Positions 60,776-64,000 of a DNA stretch of 64,000 bases are shown here, piece by piece (position 1 is the stretch's first letter; each line of letters opens with the position of its first letter). Origin of the DNA: Octopus sinensis (taxonomy: Eukaryota); the NCBI RefSeq assembly GCF_006345805.1, contig NC_042999.1:6448001-6512000 (forward strand). Reading direction: 5' to 3'. The notes beneath the pieces were generated by a model. It saw only the letters and a list, made by a program, of their open reading frames with translations. It ran no database searches and was not told where the DNA came from. A program made the position numbers and the translations under genes.

Positions 60776-61292
60776 CATCATCATCATCATCATCATCATT
60801 TAACGTCTGTTTTCTATGCTAGCATGGGTTGAACGATTTGACTGAGGACTGGCGAACTAGATGACTGCACCAGGCTCCAATCTGAGCTGGCAGAGTTTCT
60901 ACAGCTGGCTGCCCTTCCTAACGCCAACCACTCCGAGAGTGTAGATGTATAGATAAATGGATAGATAGATAAATAAATAGATGGATAGACTGATAAACAG
61001 CTAGCTAGCTAGATAGACAGAGAGATGGAGGTGGAGATGTGTTGGGACATCTTTGGCTTTATTCACCCCCAGCTGTACACCCAAGGTACAATTGGGGGTG
61101 AACAGAGGTGAAGTGACATAGTGGACTAGACTGTGTGAGTGGGCAGGGTGGTATAGAAGGGGAGTTTTATACAAGTGTTAGAAGAGATGGGCTAGAGGTG
61201 ACTGTAGCAAGTGATGGTGTGAGATATAGGAGTGGTTTAGTGGGGCTGTGATAGATATGCAAGGACATAGAGGGTGATGGAAAGATAAGAGA

Positions 61293-61710
61293 GGTGAGCT
61301 GGCAGAAATGTTAGCACGCCGGGCGAAATGCTTAACGGTATTTCGTCTGCCGTTACGTTCTGAGTTCAAATTCTGCTGAGGTCGACTTTGCCTTTCATCC
61401 TTCCGGGGTCGATAAATAAGTACCAGTTACGCACTGGGGTTGATATAATCGACTTAATCCGTTTGTCTGCCTTTGTTTGTCTCCTCTGTGTTTAGCCCCT
61501 TGTGGGAAGTAAAGAAATAGAAATAGGTATTTCGTCTGCCGCTACGTTCTGAGTTCAAATTCTGCCCAGGTCGACTTTGCCTTTCATCTTTTCGGGGTTG
61601 ATAAATTAAGTACCAGTTATGCACTGGGGGTCGATGTAATCGACTTAATCCATTTGTCTGTCCTTGTTTGTCCCCTCTGTGTGTATGCCCCTTGTGGGCA
61701 ATAAAGAAAC
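61293..61710 (+). mobile_element. SINE family B, dimeric copy
   Basis: Head + core twice. Confidence 0.85.
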
Positions 61711-62039
61711 AGGAAAGATAAGAGAGGTGTAAAGGATGGATTATAGCAGAGGGGAGAGAGCAAGGGCTAAATGCACAGAAAAGGGGTGATTGGTGGAAAT
61801 TGTGGCCAAGGAAGATAAGGATAAATAGAAGTGGTTCTGAGAGGTGGTGGAGGAGGTGAGCAAAGAGAGGGGATGTAGTATGTGCCTAGTGTGCTCTCAG
61901 GTGATGTTTGGATGTTTGGCTTAATCTATTTCCAGAAACAGGCGGACAGGTAGATAAATTGTGACCCCCTGGGTTATAAGAGAACCATTTGGAAATTTCT
62001 GGAGCAAGTCAATTTGTATGGCTCTGATGCTATTACCCT

Positions 62040-62219
62040 CTGATAGGCTCCTGTGCTGGAGGCGCATAAAAACGCCCACTACACTTTCAGAGTGGTTGGC
62101 ATTAGGAAAGGCATCCAGCTGAAGGGCATCCAGATCAGATTGGAGCCCGGTGCAGCCACTGGCTTTCCTGACCTCAGTCAAACCATCCAACACATGCCAG
62201 CATGGAAAACGGACGTTAA

Positions 62220-62253
<34 letters not shown>

Positions 62254-62278
62254 CGATGACGACGACGACGACGACGAC
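62040..62278 (+). mobile_element. Family A repeat with an expanded (GAT)n(GAC)n tail
   Basis: Core + long trinucleotide tail at 62220-62278. Confidence 0.8.
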
Positions 62279-63220
62279 CTTGCTGAGGCTGGTTCAGTTA
62301 CCTTCAAAGACTTCGTCCAATGTAGTGAGAGTTGTTATTTAATTCCAGTCAACCTTGATGAAGAGAAATACAATCAAAGGTTTTTCAAAATATACCTAGG
62401 AGTACATTAATCAATGTATTGTTTCCATGAGTAGGGTGTGCTTTGAGGGAGATCTAGTTGATATTTCTACCATAGGGCCTCCTCATTGTTTGGTTACCTG
62501 AAGTAAATTATCCTGGTGGACTCCTTTTATTTTTTTATTCACAGACCCAAGGAGCAAACAAGATTTATCCTGTGTTTTGAGGGTAACAGAGTGAGCTGTT
62601 TGAGTTTAGTGTATGTGTGTGTGTGTATGTAATTAACTTTAATGATCTTTTAAAAAGACAGATCTGTACATGCAATGGACAGGTGATCAAACATAAATGT
62701 AGAAGAAAGGGACATGTCCCCAAAAGTCAAAGGTTTGTCATCATCATCATCATCATCATTTAATGTCCGCTTTCCATGCTAGCATGGGTTGGACGATTTG
62801 ACTGAGGTCTGGCGACCCAGACTCCAATCTTATCTGGCAGAGTTTCTACAACTGGATGCCTTCCTAACGCCAACCACTCTGAGAGTGTAGTGGGTGCTTT
62901 TACGTGCCACCAGCACGGGGCCAGTCAGGTGGCACTGGCAATGGCCAACCCAAAATGGTGCTTTTTATGTGCCACCTGCACAGGAGCTAGTCTGGTGACA
63001 CTGGCAATGACCTCACTCGAATGTTTCATGTGCCACCAGCACGTCATGGATTTGAACCCCTAACTCATTGATTAATGGTTGTTAAGGATTTATTCAGTTT
63101 TTTTTTTCATTTTTAGATAAGGTTAGTCCACATTGCTTCATAAAGAGCATAAGTCTGGTTCCCCTGTTTCTCTGGCACATACATCTTCCTCACCTGGACA
63201 GGACGCTGGTCGTCACAAAA

Positions 63221-63622
63221 TTACTCATTTTTGCCAGCTGAGTGGACTGGAGCAACATGAAATGAAGTGTTTTGCTCAAGAACACAACGCGTCGCCCGGT
63301 CCAGGAATCGAAACCACAATCTTACAATCATGATCCTGACACCCTAACCACTAAGCCACGCACCTCCACAATAATGCGCTCTTTTAAAGCCTAGCCAGGC
63401 TCATGGGCCCAGTTTCCCAGTTTCTATGGCGTATGTGTCCCTAGCTGGATGGGACGCCAGTCCATCGCAGCGTTACTCATTTTTGCCAGCAGAGTGGACC
63501 GGAGCAACATGAAATGAAGTGGTTTGCTCAAGAACACAACGTGTCGTCCGGTCCAGGAATCGAAACCACAATCTTACGATCATGATGCTGACACCCTAAC
63601 CACTAAGCCATGCACCTCCACA
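63221..63622 (-). mobile_element. Two closely related SINE family D heads
   Basis: About 150-bp segment at about 63221-63370 and 63472-63622. Confidence 0.75.
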
Positions 63623-63689
63623 TAAGGAGGAAGTGAAATTGCTGGTCCAGGATTTGAAGCTTTAAAACTGTGTCATCTCACTCTCTCTG

Positions 63690-63853
63690 TCCTGGTCTGC
63701 CTGCCTGTCTGTCTGCTTGTCAATCTGTGTCTGTCTGTCTCTGTATCTGTCTCTATCTCTGCCTGTTTGTCTCTCTCTGTCTCTGTCTATCTCTCTGTTT
63801 CTCTCTCTGTATCTCTCTCTGCCTGTCTGTCTCTGTCTGTCTGTCTGTCTGTC

Positions 63854-63916
<63 letters not shown>

Positions 63917-64000
63917 GTCTGTCTCTCTGTCTGTCTGTCTGTCTCTCTGTCTGTCTGTCTCTCTCTGTCTGTCTGCCTGTCTCTCTCTCTCTGTCTGTCT
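63690..64000. repeat. (TCTG)n/(TC)n microsatellite
   Basis: Seen directly. Confidence 0.95.

Noticed and set aside
60224-60799. 191-aa ORF and similar YIYI/CVCV/MYVC ORFs (e.g. 52435-52793, 54715-55188, 8353-8627)
   Set aside because: Translations of microsatellites; only the embedded Tx1-like RT piece is meaningful.
62306-62396. Minus-strand segment bounded by CTAG| and |GTAACT
   Set aside because: Stops in all three frames, so it is not a coding exon.

Overview
AT-rich, repeat-dense animal genomic DNA, probably an octopus (inferred from the SINE/LINE repertoire and gene structure, not from a database search). Two host genes can be built by hand with canonical GT-AG splice sites. (1) A complete 16-coding-exon MCM5 on the minus strand (ATG 42552, stop 17971; 2196 nt, 731 aa), with E2F-type motifs next to the start and a candidate distal non-coding first exon near 47.3 kb. 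(2) A convergent two-exon gene on the plus strand (9324-9715 + 12131-13391; 550 aa) encoding THAP + coiled coil + HTH + a Harbinger/ISL2EU-type DDE fold whose catalytic residues look substituted. It sits behind an ETS-CRE composite motif and looks like a domesticated transposase. The rest is mobile DNA: RTE, RTE-X, CR1, R4/Dong-like and Tx1-like LINE fragments, several tRNA-headed SINE families, non-autonomous Helitrons, piggyBac, Tc1/mariner and Merlin relics, fold-back MITEs and microsatellites. Most unusual signals: the domesticated THAP transposase, and a tRNA-headed SINE that carries a hammerhead-ribozyme core (two copies), plus two further degenerate hammerhead-like motifs. Exon and motif coordinates were counted by hand; repeat boundaries are approximate.
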